Of a DNA stretch of 64,000 nt, positions 19,375 to 27,763 are shown one piece after another. The notes beneath the pieces were generated by a model. The model was not told where the DNA came from, did not search any database, and was given only the letters and a program-made list of their open reading frames with translations. Within the stretch, counting starts at the first letter, position 1. Each line of letters starts with the position of its first letter. The DNA lies in NCBI GenBank assembly GCA_963677435.1, contig OY781945.1, positions 320,001 to 384,000 of the forward strand, in the 5' to 3' direction. The position numbers were made by a program, and so were the translations under genes. The DNA is from an uncultured Aliarcobacter sp. (GTDB lineage Bacteria; Campylobacterota; Campylobacteria; Campylobacterales; Arcobacteraceae).

Positions 19375-22300
19375 CTACTTTTTAATCCACCTTTGTCTTA
19401 AATCTAATGTATGTGGGTATTCTTTATTTTTTGGCATTTCTTTGAAAAGAAGTTTTTTACTTCCTTTTTTATTTGTTAATGTTCTTGTTGCTTCATAGGA
19501 GAAAACAGAGTTAGCTTCCCCAGAAATTGTTGGTTCATAAGCTTCAACTTCACCTTGAGAGTGATTAAAGTCCCAATATCTATTTATTCTTCTTGATTCT
19601 GCTTCAAAAGAATTTACAGGGAATGTGTCATAACTTCTTCCACCTGGATGTGCAACAAAATAATTAAACCCACCAATAGATCTAGTATTCCATTTATCTA
19701 TTATATCAAAAGTTAAAGGAGTATCAACTTTAATGGTTGGATGAAGTGCTGACCAAGGCTGCCAAGCTTTATATCTAACTCCACTTACATACTCTCCTTC
19801 AATATCAGTTTTTGATAGTGGAACTTGAACTCCATTACAAGTTACTATGTATCTTTCTTCATTGAAATTTTCAATTTTTATTTGTAATCTCTCAACTGAT
19901 GAGTCAACATATCTTGATGTCCCTTGTGAACTTGATTCTTCTCCAAGAACATTCCATGGCTCAATAGCTGATCTAATTTCAACAGGCATTCCCTCAATCA
20001 TAGTCATTCCATATAATGGGAATCTAAATTCAAAGAATGGGTCAAACCAATCAAGTTTAAACTCATACCCCTCATCATTTAAGTATTGAACAACACTTCT
20101 TAGATCCTCTTTTACATAATGTTCAAGTAAGAATTTATCATGTAATCTTGTTCCCCATCTAACTAAATCATGTTTATATGGTTTTTTCCAAAAACAAGAA
20201 ACTAACGCACGCACCAATAACATTTGTAAAAGTGCCATTTGAGAGTGAGGTGGCATGTCAAAAGCTCTAAGCTCTAAAATACCAAGTCTTCCTGTACTAC
20301 TATCAGGAGAATAAAGTTTGTCTATACAAAATTCACTTCTATGAGTATTCCCTGTAATGTCTGTTAGCATATGTCTAAATAATCTATCCGTTAACCAAAA
20401 TGGAACATCACCACTTTCTGGAATTTGTGAAAAGGCAATCTCTAATTCATAAAGATTTTCTGCTCTTCCCTCATCAACTCTTGGAGCTTGTGAAGTTGGT
20501 CCTATAAATGCTCCTGAGAAAAGGTAAGATAAACCTGGATGGTGTTGCCAAAATGTGATTAAACTTCTAAGTAATTGAGGATTTCTTAAAAGTGGAGAAT
20601 CACTAGGTTTTAATGCTCCAATAGTAACATGGTTACCACCACCAGTTCCTGTGTGTCTACCATCAATCATAAACTTTTCAGTCCCAAGTCTGCAAAGTCT
20701 AGCATCTTCATAAAGTGCAAGTAGATTATCACTTAACTCTTTCCAAGAAGTTGCAGGTTGAATATTTACTTCAATAACACCAGGATCTGGAGTTACTTTG
20801 ATTCTATCTGTTCTTAAATCATGTGGAGGTTCATATCCCTCAATTATTACAGATAAATTTAATATAGTTGCAGTTTGTTCAATTGAAGCAATTAAATCTA
20901 AGAATACTTCTGTATCTTCAATTGGAGGAAGGAAAATACAAAGTTTATCATCTCTTATTTCAGATGTAATTGCAGTTCTTACAAAAGTGTTTGAATTAAA
21001 TTTATCAGTTGTTTTTTTGCTAACTTTTTTAACTCTTTTTTTCACATCTTTAATATAATCACCAAGGTCAGGAGCAAAGGCAAAAAGGTCTGTTTCAAAA
21101 CTTTTTTCTAGTTCAACAGGTGGTTTTACAATTAATGACTCTAATGGAAGTCTTAATCCCATTGGTGAATTTCCAGCACTTAAGAAAAGGTGATTTCTTC
21201 TAAATTCCCATTTTGAACTTATCCATTTTGAAACACCAAAATTTAAAGGTAAAACATATCCAACTTCATTGTTTAAACCTTGAGCTAATTTATCAGCTAT
21301 TGTTTTTCTTTCAAGTGGGTCTTTTAAATCATATTTTAAAGGGTCAATATCCAGAGGAAGTTCTGCTTCTTTCATAATATAATAGATTGGATCTTCAAAG
21401 GCTGGACTTATATTTTCATCACTAACACCTAAAACAGAAGCAAGTGTTGATAAAAAGTTTTTTGCATCAGCAGTTGTGTAGTCAAAAACATCATTTTTAT
21501 TTGCTAAAAGTGCAGGATTTTCCCAAACTGGTTTTTTATCTTTTCTCCAATAAATAGTTGTTTGCCATCTTGGAAGTGGTTCACCTGGGTACCATTTTCC
21601 TTGAGCATGGTGTAAAAGTCCACCAGTTGTAGTAGTTTCTAAAAGTCTTCTTGCTAGTTTTGTAGCTAATTCTCTTTTATGTTCACCATCTGCTTCACTA
21701 TTCCACTGAGCTGATTCCATATCATCAATAGAAACAAATGTTGGTTCACCTCCCATTGTTAGACGAACATCATTTTTTTCTAAATCTTCATCAACTTTAA
21801 ATCCAAGATTATAAATTGCATCCCATTGTTCTTCTTTATAAGGTTTTGTAACCCTTGGTGATTCAAAAATTCTTGTAACTTTATTCTCGAATTCAAACTC
21901 AGTTTCACATTTATCACTAAATCCTTCGATTGCATGGGCACTATTATAATGTGGTGTACAAGCTAATGGGATATGTCCTTCACCTGCAAATAATCCACTT
22001 GTACTATCAAGTCCAACCCAACCAGCACCTGGAATATAAACTTCTGTCCAAGCATGTAAATCTGTAAAGTCAGCTTCAGGACCACTTGGTCCATCAAGTG
22101 ATTTAACATCGGCTGTTAGTTGAACTAAATATCCAGATACAAAACGGCTAGCAAGTCCTAAATGTCTTAAAACTTGTACAAAAAGCCAAGCAGAATCTCT
22201 ACAAGAACCCAATTTATTTTCTAAAGTGGTCTTACAAGTTTGAACACCTGCTTCTAGTCTTACTGTATAGTTTACATATTGGTTAATTTTTTGATTAACT

Positions 22301-22740
22301 TCTACTAAAAAATCAATAATAGGTTTTTCACTTTTATCAATACTTTTTACAAAATCTTTTAGAAGCTTACCTTTTTCATTGATTTTTAAATAAGGTTTCA
22401 ACTCTTTCTTTAAGTCTTTTTTGTATTCAAAAGGAAAGTTTGTTGCACTTTCTTCAACAAAAAAGTCAAAAGGATTTAATGTAATTAAATCGGCAATAAT
22501 TTCAACATCAATAAAAAACTCTTTTGTTTTTTCAGGAAAAACTACTCTTGCTTGGTAGTTTCCAAATGGATCTTGCTGCCAATTTAAGAAGTGACTATCA
22601 GGTTTTATTTTTAGAGAATAAGCTTCAATTGGAGTTCTACTATGAGGCGCTGGTCTTAATCTTATTATATGTGGAGATAAAGATATAGGTTTATCATATT
22701 TATAGTGAGTTTTATGTGAAATAACTACCTTTAAAGACAT
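19375..22740 (-). CDS. Transglutaminase domain fused to DUF2126 putative amidoligase
   Basis: IRLRPAPHSRT, GSCRDSAW, DLHAWTEVY, GWVGLD; then MGGEPTF, TPDPGVIEVN, GTGGGNHVT, LELRAF, AESRR. Confidence 0.93.
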   Translation of the reverse strand: MSLKVVISHKTHYKYDKPISLSPHIIRLRPAPHSRTPIEAYSLKIKPDSHFLNWQQDPFGNYQARVVFPEKTKEFFIDVEIIADLITLNPFDFFVEESATNFPFEYKKDLKKELKPYLKINEKGKLLKDFVKSIDKSEKPIIDFLVEVNQKINQYVNYTVRLEAGVQTCKTTLENKLGSCRDSAWLFVQVLRHLGLASRFVSGYLVQLTADVKSLDGPSGPEADFTDLHAWTEVYIPGAGWVGLDSTSGLFAGEGHIPLACTPHYNSAHAIEGFSDKCETEFEFENKVTRIFESPRVTKPYKEEQWDAIYNLGFKVDEDLEKNDVRLTMGGEPTFVSIDDMESAQWNSEADGEHKRELATKLARRLLETTTTGGLLHHAQGKWYPGEPLPRWQTTIYWRKDKKPVWENPALLANKNDVFDYTTADAKNFLSTLASVLGVSDENISPAFEDPIYYIMKEAELPLDIDPLKYDLKDPLERKTIADKLAQGLNNEVGYVLPLNFGVSKWISSKWEFRRNHLFLSAGNSPMGLRLPLESLIVKPPVELEKSFETDLFAFAPDLGDYIKDVKKRVKKVSKKTTDKFNSNTFVRTAITSEIRDDKLCIFLPPIEDTEVFLDLIASIEQTATILNLSVIIEGYEPPHDLRTDRIKVTPDPGVIEVNIQPATSWKELSDNLLALYEDARLCRLGTEKFMIDGRHTGTGGGNHVTIGALKPSDSPLLRNPQLLRSLITFWQHHPGLSYLFSGAFIGPTSQAPRVDEGRAENLYELEIAFSQIPESGDVPFWLTDRLFRHMLTDITGNTHRSEFCIDKLYSPDSSTGRLGILELRAFDMPPHSQMALLQMLLVRALVSCFWKKPYKHDLVRWGTRLHDKFLLEHYVKEDLRSVVQYLNDEGYEFKLDWFDPFFEFRFPLYGMTMIEGMPVEIRSAIEPWNVLGEESSSQGTSRYVDSSVERLQIKIENFNEERYIVTCNGVQVPLSKTDIEGEYVSGVRYKAWQPWSALHPTIKVDTPLTFDIIDKWNTRSIGGFNYFVAHPGGRSYDTFPVNSFEAESRRINRYWDFNHSQGEVEAYEPTISGEANSVFSYEATRTLTNKKGSKKLLFKEMPKNKEYPHTLDLRQRWIKK

Positions 22741-22805
22741 TTTAAATCCTTTTATTTAAATTAAAATTATTATACATGAATAAAATAAGTAAATTAATTA
22801 AATAG

Positions 22806-22823
22806 CTGTATATTAGTAATACA
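22806..22823 (-). promoter_or_regulatory. Palindromic regulator-site candidate of ATP-grasp operon 2
   Basis: Minus strand TGTATTACTAATATACAG; TATAAT begins at 22774, 32 nt downstream as in operon 1. Confidence 0.55.
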
Positions 22824-22921
22824 ATTGTAATTTATATATATTGTTTATATTTTAATACTTGATTCTAATCAATTAAAAAGAATTTGAATTCCTATAGAAT
22901 TATAAAAAAATAGGAGTTAAT

Positions 22922-23362
22922 ATGTTAATAAATAAGAATGATTTACCACTTGTAGCAATGGATTTTATGAATGATACACATTTTGAAGATGTGGAAATAA
23001 TAAATGAACTGTATAAATATATTTTAGAATATGAAAAAGAACAAAATGAATTAAGTCTAAAAAAACTAGAAACTAAATATAAAGAGTGGGGAAGACATAC
23101 TGAGAAACATTTTGAAACGGAAGAGATACAAATGAGAGAAAAAGGTTTTTTTGCCTATGAATTTCACAAAAATGAACATAATATGAATTTATCTGAAATA
23201 AAACAACTATTTAATAATTTTCAAAATACTAAAAATATCTTAGAATTAAAAAATTACTTTGAGAATAATCTTGTATCTTGGTTAGTTAATCATATTCAAA
23301 CAATGGATACAGTAACGGCAATGTTTTTAAAAACAGGAATGAGCCCTTGTTCGATACATTAA
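22922..23362 (+). CDS. Bacteriohemerythrin
   Basis: HTEKHFETEE, HKNEH and WLVNHIQTMD di-iron motifs. Confidence 0.88.
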   Translation: MLINKNDLPLVAMDFMNDTHFEDVEIINELYKYILEYEKEQNELSLKKLETKYKEWGRHTEKHFETEEIQMREKGFFAYEFHKNEHNMNLSEIKQLFNNFQNTKNILELKNYFENNLVSWLVNHIQTMDTVTAMFLKTGMSPCSIH

Positions 23363-23389
23363 TTAGCAAACTATAGTTTGTAGTGCTAG
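23363..23389 (+). promoter_or_regulatory. CIRCE-like element 1 (HrcA operator candidate)
   Basis: TTAGCAAAC-N9-TAGTGCTAG versus consensus TTAGCACTC-N9-GAGTGCTAA. Confidence 0.6.
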
Positions 23390-23425
23390 TTAAGGATGAT
23401 CATTTTAATTATAATTTTAAAAATA

Positions 23426-23467
23426 TTGGCAATATATGTTGACAAGTGCTAAATAATATGTTAATAT
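23426..23467 (+). promoter_or_regulatory. hsp20 sigma70 promoter overlapped by CIRCE-like element 2
   Basis: TTGGCAATA-N9-AAGTGCTAA at 23426-23452; TTGACA 23439-23444, 17-bp spacer, TGn-TAATAT at 23462. Confidence 0.7.
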
Positions 23468-23473
23468 TTCATC

Positions 23474-23498
23474 AACTTGATATAAATAGAGTCAAGTT
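23474..23498 (+). promoter_or_regulatory. HAIR-like element (HspR operator candidate)
   Basis: AA-CTTGATA-N7-AGTCAAG-TT versus HAIR CTTGAGT-N7-ACTCAAG, downstream of the -10. Confidence 0.65.
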
Positions 23499-23523
23499 TA
23501 GAATAATTTTAAAGGAGTTTATT

Positions 23524-23937
23524 ATGTTAATTACAAAATTTGATCCATTTAAACAACTAAAAGAGATAGAGAAAGATTTCTATAATCAATCAAAAAATGA
23601 AGGTGTTGGTGCTTTTGTTCCTACTGTAAATACAAGGGAAGGGGAGTTCGCTTATCATGTTGATGTAGATTTACCTGGTGTTAAAAAAGAAGATATCAAA
23701 GTAGATATTAACAAAGGAATTTTAACAATTAGTGGTGAAAGAAAAATAAAAGATGAAATAAAAAAAGAGGATTATTATAAAGTTGAAACATATTTTGGAA
23801 AATTCTCAAGAAGTTTCACTCTTCCTGATAATGCTGATATTGAAAATATAGAAGCGAGTAGTGATTCAGGAGTTTTAGAAGTAGTGATTCCAAAATTAAA
23901 AGATGATAATAGTAAAAAAAGTATAACGGTAAAATAA
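23524..23937 (+). CDS. Small heat shock protein Hsp20/alpha-crystallin
   Basis: DLPGVKKEDIKV, GILTISGER, FGKFSRSFTLP, GVLEVVIPK; ATG 23524 after AAGGAG. Confidence 0.95.
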   Translation: MLITKFDPFKQLKEIEKDFYNQSKNEGVGAFVPTVNTREGEFAYHVDVDLPGVKKEDIKVDINKGILTISGERKIKDEIKKEDYYKVETYFGKFSRSFTLPDNADIENIEASSDSGVLEVVIPKLKDDNSKKSITVK

Positions 23938-23958
23938 GAAGGATTTCTCCTTCTTATT
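23933..23958 (+). terminator. Hairpin/terminator after hsp20
   Basis: AATAAGAAGGA-TTTC-TCCTTCTTATT. Confidence 0.65.
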
Positions 23959-23977
23959 AAATATAAGGAGGTTTAAA

Positions 23978-24082
23978 ATGAATAAAATAAAAGATAAAAG
24001 TACAAATAAAACAGATTTCATAATTTTAATGGGTATTTATGCTGTTTCAATAATAAGTTCTTTTTTTCTAATAAATGTATAA
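23978..24082 (+). CDS. Putative 34-aa single-TM small protein (below ORF-track cutoff)
   Basis: AAGGAGG 6 nt before ATG; MNKIKDKSTNKTDFIILMGIYAVSIISSFFLINV. Confidence 0.55.
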   Translation: MNKIKDKSTNKTDFIILMGIYAVSIISSFFLINV

Positions 24083-24087
24083 ATTTA

Positions 24088-25206
24088 TTAAGATAATTTT
24101 AAAACAGTTATTTCACTACTAGCACCTAATCTCATAGGTGGTCCCCAAAATCCTGTACCTTTATTTACATAAATTTGAGTGTAGTCATTAAAAGTATGAA
24201 GTCCTTTTACATAGGGTTGTTGGAGTTTTACTAAAAAATTAAAGGGAAAGATTTGGCCACCGTGGGTGTGTCCACTAAGTATTAAATCAATTCCTTTTGT
24301 ATTTTCTATCTCTTCAATAAACTTTGGTTGATGAGCCAAAAGAATAGTTGGAGAATTTTCTAAATTTTGCATGGCTTTATTAATATCAGGTATAAAATCA
24401 TTATATTTAAAACCAAATCTATCATAAACTCCACAAAGATTAAAGCCTTCGTCTTTTGAGCCAATATAAACATTTTCGTTTTCTAAAGTTTTTATTCCTA
24501 ATGAGTTCACATAATCTATAATTGGTTTAACCCCATGAAAATACTCATGATTTCCAACTATAAAATATGTTCCAAATTTTGATTTTATATTTTTAAGTTC
24601 ATTAAGAGCAGGAATAGCATATTCTAATTTTGTATCAACTAAATCACCTGTAATTACAACAGCATCAGCATTTAATATATTAATTTTATCTACTAGGGAT
24701 TTTATAAATTTTTTATCAATCAATCCACCGATGTGAACATCACTTATTTGTACTATATTATATGGCATTTTTAAATTATTTATTTTTACATCTACAACTT
24801 CAAGTTGAACATTTTTTGCATTATCCATAGCTTTTGCATTTGTAGCAATCACTAGGGAAATAGCTCCAATATCCAAACCTTTTTTAAAAAATTCTCTTCG
24901 ATTATTTTTGAATGGTGTTTTGTTGATACCAATAGAGATGATTTCATGTAATAGAGTAATAATAAATGTTAAAAAAATCATCCCAATCGGCAAGGAAAGG
25001 ACAAAATAGAGCCAATTAGGCACTATGGGATAGTATCTTGCCATTGGGTATAGAACAGCCCCAAAAAAAGTTATATATAATATTAGGCTAAGATACTTTT
25101 TCGTCTTATGTGTAAAATCAAGTTTATTTATAAGACGCTTTTTTATTATAAAAGTTTGAAAAGCAAAAACGATAATAAATACTAAAAAAAATATTATTAA
25201 ATTCAT
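24088..25206 (-). CDS. Membrane-anchored metallophosphoesterase
   Basis: ISDVH, ITGDLVD, GNHEY, LAHQP, SGHTHGGQ; N-terminal TMs. Confidence 0.92.
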   Translation of the reverse strand: MNLIIFFLVFIIVFAFQTFIIKKRLINKLDFTHKTKKYLSLILYITFFGAVLYPMARYYPIVPNWLYFVLSLPIGMIFLTFIITLLHEIISIGINKTPFKNNRREFFKKGLDIGAISLVIATNAKAMDNAKNVQLEVVDVKINNLKMPYNIVQISDVHIGGLIDKKFIKSLVDKINILNADAVVITGDLVDTKLEYAIPALNELKNIKSKFGTYFIVGNHEYFHGVKPIIDYVNSLGIKTLENENVYIGSKDEGFNLCGVYDRFGFKYNDFIPDINKAMQNLENSPTILLAHQPKFIEEIENTKGIDLILSGHTHGGQIFPFNFLVKLQQPYVKGLHTFNDYTQIYVNKGTGFWGPPMRLGASSEITVLKLS

Positions 25207-25261
25207 TTGTAATTGTAAACATTTTAAGTTAATGAAGGTTAAATGAAGAGTTTAGTTTCAC

Positions 25262-26563
25262 TTAAATTGTAATTCTTTTTATACTTTCTACTAAATTCAT
25301 AATCTCTTCTTTTGTTTGAGAAAAATGAATTGAGATTCTAACCCATCCTGGGCGATTATTCATATCTAACTCTTTTATTCCTAATAAATCATGGCCATAA
25401 GGTCCTGCACATGAACATCCAGCTCTTGTTTGGATATTATCATTTGAAGATAAATGATTACATAATTCATAAGGATTTATACCTTTTATATTAAAAGAGA
25501 TAATTCCAATATTTGAAGCCTCTTGATTTCCATATATTTCACAAGAGGGTATTTTTTTTAGTTCATTTATAAATATCTCTTTTAACTCTTCTTTTTGTTT
25601 TTTTATAAATTCAAAACCAACTTCATTTCTTAATTGATACGCTAGGGATGCACGAATAAATTGCAAAATTGGAGGAGTTCCTGCTTCTTCTCTTGTTTCT
25701 ATATCATTTTGATACATTTGAGAAGTCTTATTTACATATAAAACAGTTCCACCACCAGCAAATGAAGGAGCAATAGTTGTATCAATTAATGATTTTCTAA
25801 TCACTAATAAACCACAAGAAGCAGGGCCTCCTAAAAGTTTATGAGGTGACATAAATAAAGCATCATAAAGATGGCAAGGAATATTCATATATGGACTTGA
25901 AGCTGCTGCATCAAAACAAACTACAGCATTATAACTTCTTAATAATTTAGAAATTTCTTCATATGGAGTTATAATTCCTGTAACATTTGAAGCTATACAA
26001 AATGAAGCTATTATCTCTCTGCTTTTATTTTTTTCTAAAACTTCTTTTAAGTGATTTAAATCTATTAAACCCTCTTTATCTAAATCTATTCTTTGAATTT
26101 CACATAAAGCTTCTCTAAATGAAACTTCATTTGAGTGATGTTCATAAGGTCCTACAATTACCAAAGGAGCTTTTTGTTTATCAATCTCAAATCCAAATCT
26201 TTTTTTTGTTGAAGGAGGAATATATAATCCCATTAATTCTTGAAAATGTTTAATAGCAGCAGTTGTTCCACAACCACTTGGCAGTATCGCAAAATCTTCA
26301 CTAAGTTCTAGGTTCTTTGCAAGATTTGTTCTTGCCATTTCATAATAACTTGTTGTAGTATCGGCATTTGATGCCTCTTTTGAGTGAGTATTTGCATAAG
26401 TTTCAAGTACATCGTGGATTCTATTTTCTATTTGTCTAAAGGCTAATCCAGAAGCTGTATAATCAAAATACTCTTTTTTATTTTTCCCAATAGTGTTGTA
26501 TCTAATAAAATTTAATTTATCTGTGTTTTCATTGAAAAAAGGTCTGAAAATATTTTTGTTCAT
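25262..26563 (-). CDS. Class V PLP aminotransferase, cysteine desulfurase-like
   Basis: YFDYTASG, EHHSN, SPHKLLGG (PLP lysine), EAGTP, RAGCSCA. Confidence 0.88.
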   Translation of the reverse strand: MNKNIFRPFFNENTDKLNFIRYNTIGKNKKEYFDYTASGLAFRQIENRIHDVLETYANTHSKEASNADTTTSYYEMARTNLAKNLELSEDFAILPSGCGTTAAIKHFQELMGLYIPPSTKKRFGFEIDKQKAPLVIVGPYEHHSNEVSFREALCEIQRIDLDKEGLIDLNHLKEVLEKNKSREIIASFCIASNVTGIITPYEEISKLLRSYNAVVCFDAAASSPYMNIPCHLYDALFMSPHKLLGGPASCGLLVIRKSLIDTTIAPSFAGGGTVLYVNKTSQMYQNDIETREEAGTPPILQFIRASLAYQLRNEVGFEFIKKQKEELKEIFINELKKIPSCEIYGNQEASNIGIISFNIKGINPYELCNHLSSNDNIQTRAGCSCAGPYGHDLLGIKELDMNNRPGWVRISIHFSQTKEEIMNLVESIKRITI

Positions 26564-26668
26564 TTTTAATTGCTCTTTTGATTAGTTATAGTTATTAAGT
26601 TCATAATTTTAAGTTATTTATCATAAGAGTTAGCTTGAATAAAAAAAGCTTAAAAAAGCTTCTTTTAT

Positions 26669-27763
26669 TTAAGCAAAAGGATTAAAATCGATTTTCTCTA
26701 ACTCTTTAGCTAAGTTTTCTGCCCGTGAAGTTGGCACATCAAGAATAATAATATTACCTTTGTGTGAAATTCTAATTTTTGAAGCTTGATATCTTTCTAA
26801 TAAAGAAGATAAATAATCAAGATTAGTATTATGTATTGTTGATGAGTTGATTTTACAACCTATATAACTTTGTTCTTTTATATTACTCTCATTTATACCC
26901 ATTCTAGGTTTTCTAGGAATGGTATGCTCTTTTGTTTGTACATTTCTTTGAATTTTATAATTCATAGATGAGTTTACTACATCAAAAAACTTATATATTC
27001 CCCATTTTTTTACTAATGATTGAAAAGAGTTAAGTTCTGGATTTTCTCTATCTCCAAAATCTCTATAAATCTCAGCAATTGCTTTTGCTGCATTTATAAC
27101 TTGGGCACTAGTGATATATCCTAGGTTTATATCTAAAACTTTTATAGCAAATAGAACTTTGTCTTTATTATCTTTTATTGCATTAAAACTAACATCAGGA
27201 GTAATTTGTACATTACAACCTTCTTCATGACCGCTTATTGCCATTTGAAGTTTATTTGGTAAATTTGAGAATTTTTTATTCCCAATAAAAGTTTCATTTA
27301 ACTTATTTGCCAACTCAGAAACATTAAATATCTGAGAGTCATCAATCGTATTAATAGGACAAGTAAGAACTCTTCTTACTGTATGTCCTGCTTCAAAAGA
27401 GGTTTCTAAACCCACTTCTTGAAGAATATTAAAGATATTTGGTAAATTAAATATTTTTATATCTTTTAATTCAACTTTTTGACTAGATGAAAAAACTAAA
27501 CTATTATTTGCATACTCTTTTGAAATTAAACTAAGTGCTTTTATTTGTTGAAGATTTAATTCACCCATTGATAATGGAATTTTTAGCTCAAAGAATTCTT
27601 GTTTTTCATCTTGGGCATAAATTCCATACCATTTGAATCTTTCTAAATCTTCACTACTTATTTTTTCTCCAAAAACAGCATGAAAAAAGATGTCTGCTAA
27701 AACATCTATTTCATTTTTTTCTTGTTTAATTTTTTCTATATTTAATGTTAAATTATTAGACAT
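26669..27763 (-). CDS. Nitrite/sulfite reductase-like protein, C-terminally short
   Basis: RFKWYGIY, LPNKLQMAISG, IYRDFGDRENP resemble NirA/CysI; ends before the cluster-binding Cys motifs; last gene of the cys operon. Confidence 0.75.
   Translation of the reverse strand: MSNNLTLNIEKIKQEKNEIDVLADIFFHAVFGEKISSEDLERFKWYGIYAQDEKQEFFELKIPLSMGELNLQQIKALSLISKEYANNSLVFSSSQKVELKDIKIFNLPNIFNILQEVGLETSFEAGHTVRRVLTCPINTIDDSQIFNVSELANKLNETFIGNKKFSNLPNKLQMAISGHEEGCNVQITPDVSFNAIKDNKDKVLFAIKVLDINLGYITSAQVINAAKAIAEIYRDFGDRENPELNSFQSLVKKWGIYKFFDVVNSSMNYKIQRNVQTKEHTIPRKPRMGINESNIKEQSYIGCKINSSTIHNTNLDYLSSLLERYQASKIRISHKGNIIILDVPTSRAENLAKELEKIDFNPFA

Noticed and set aside
23446..23523. Longer N-terminal extensions in the ORF track (hsp20, also cysN, cysK, alpha-E, hybrid kinase)
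   Set aside because: They overlap promoters or upstream genes; downstream starts have clear RBSs
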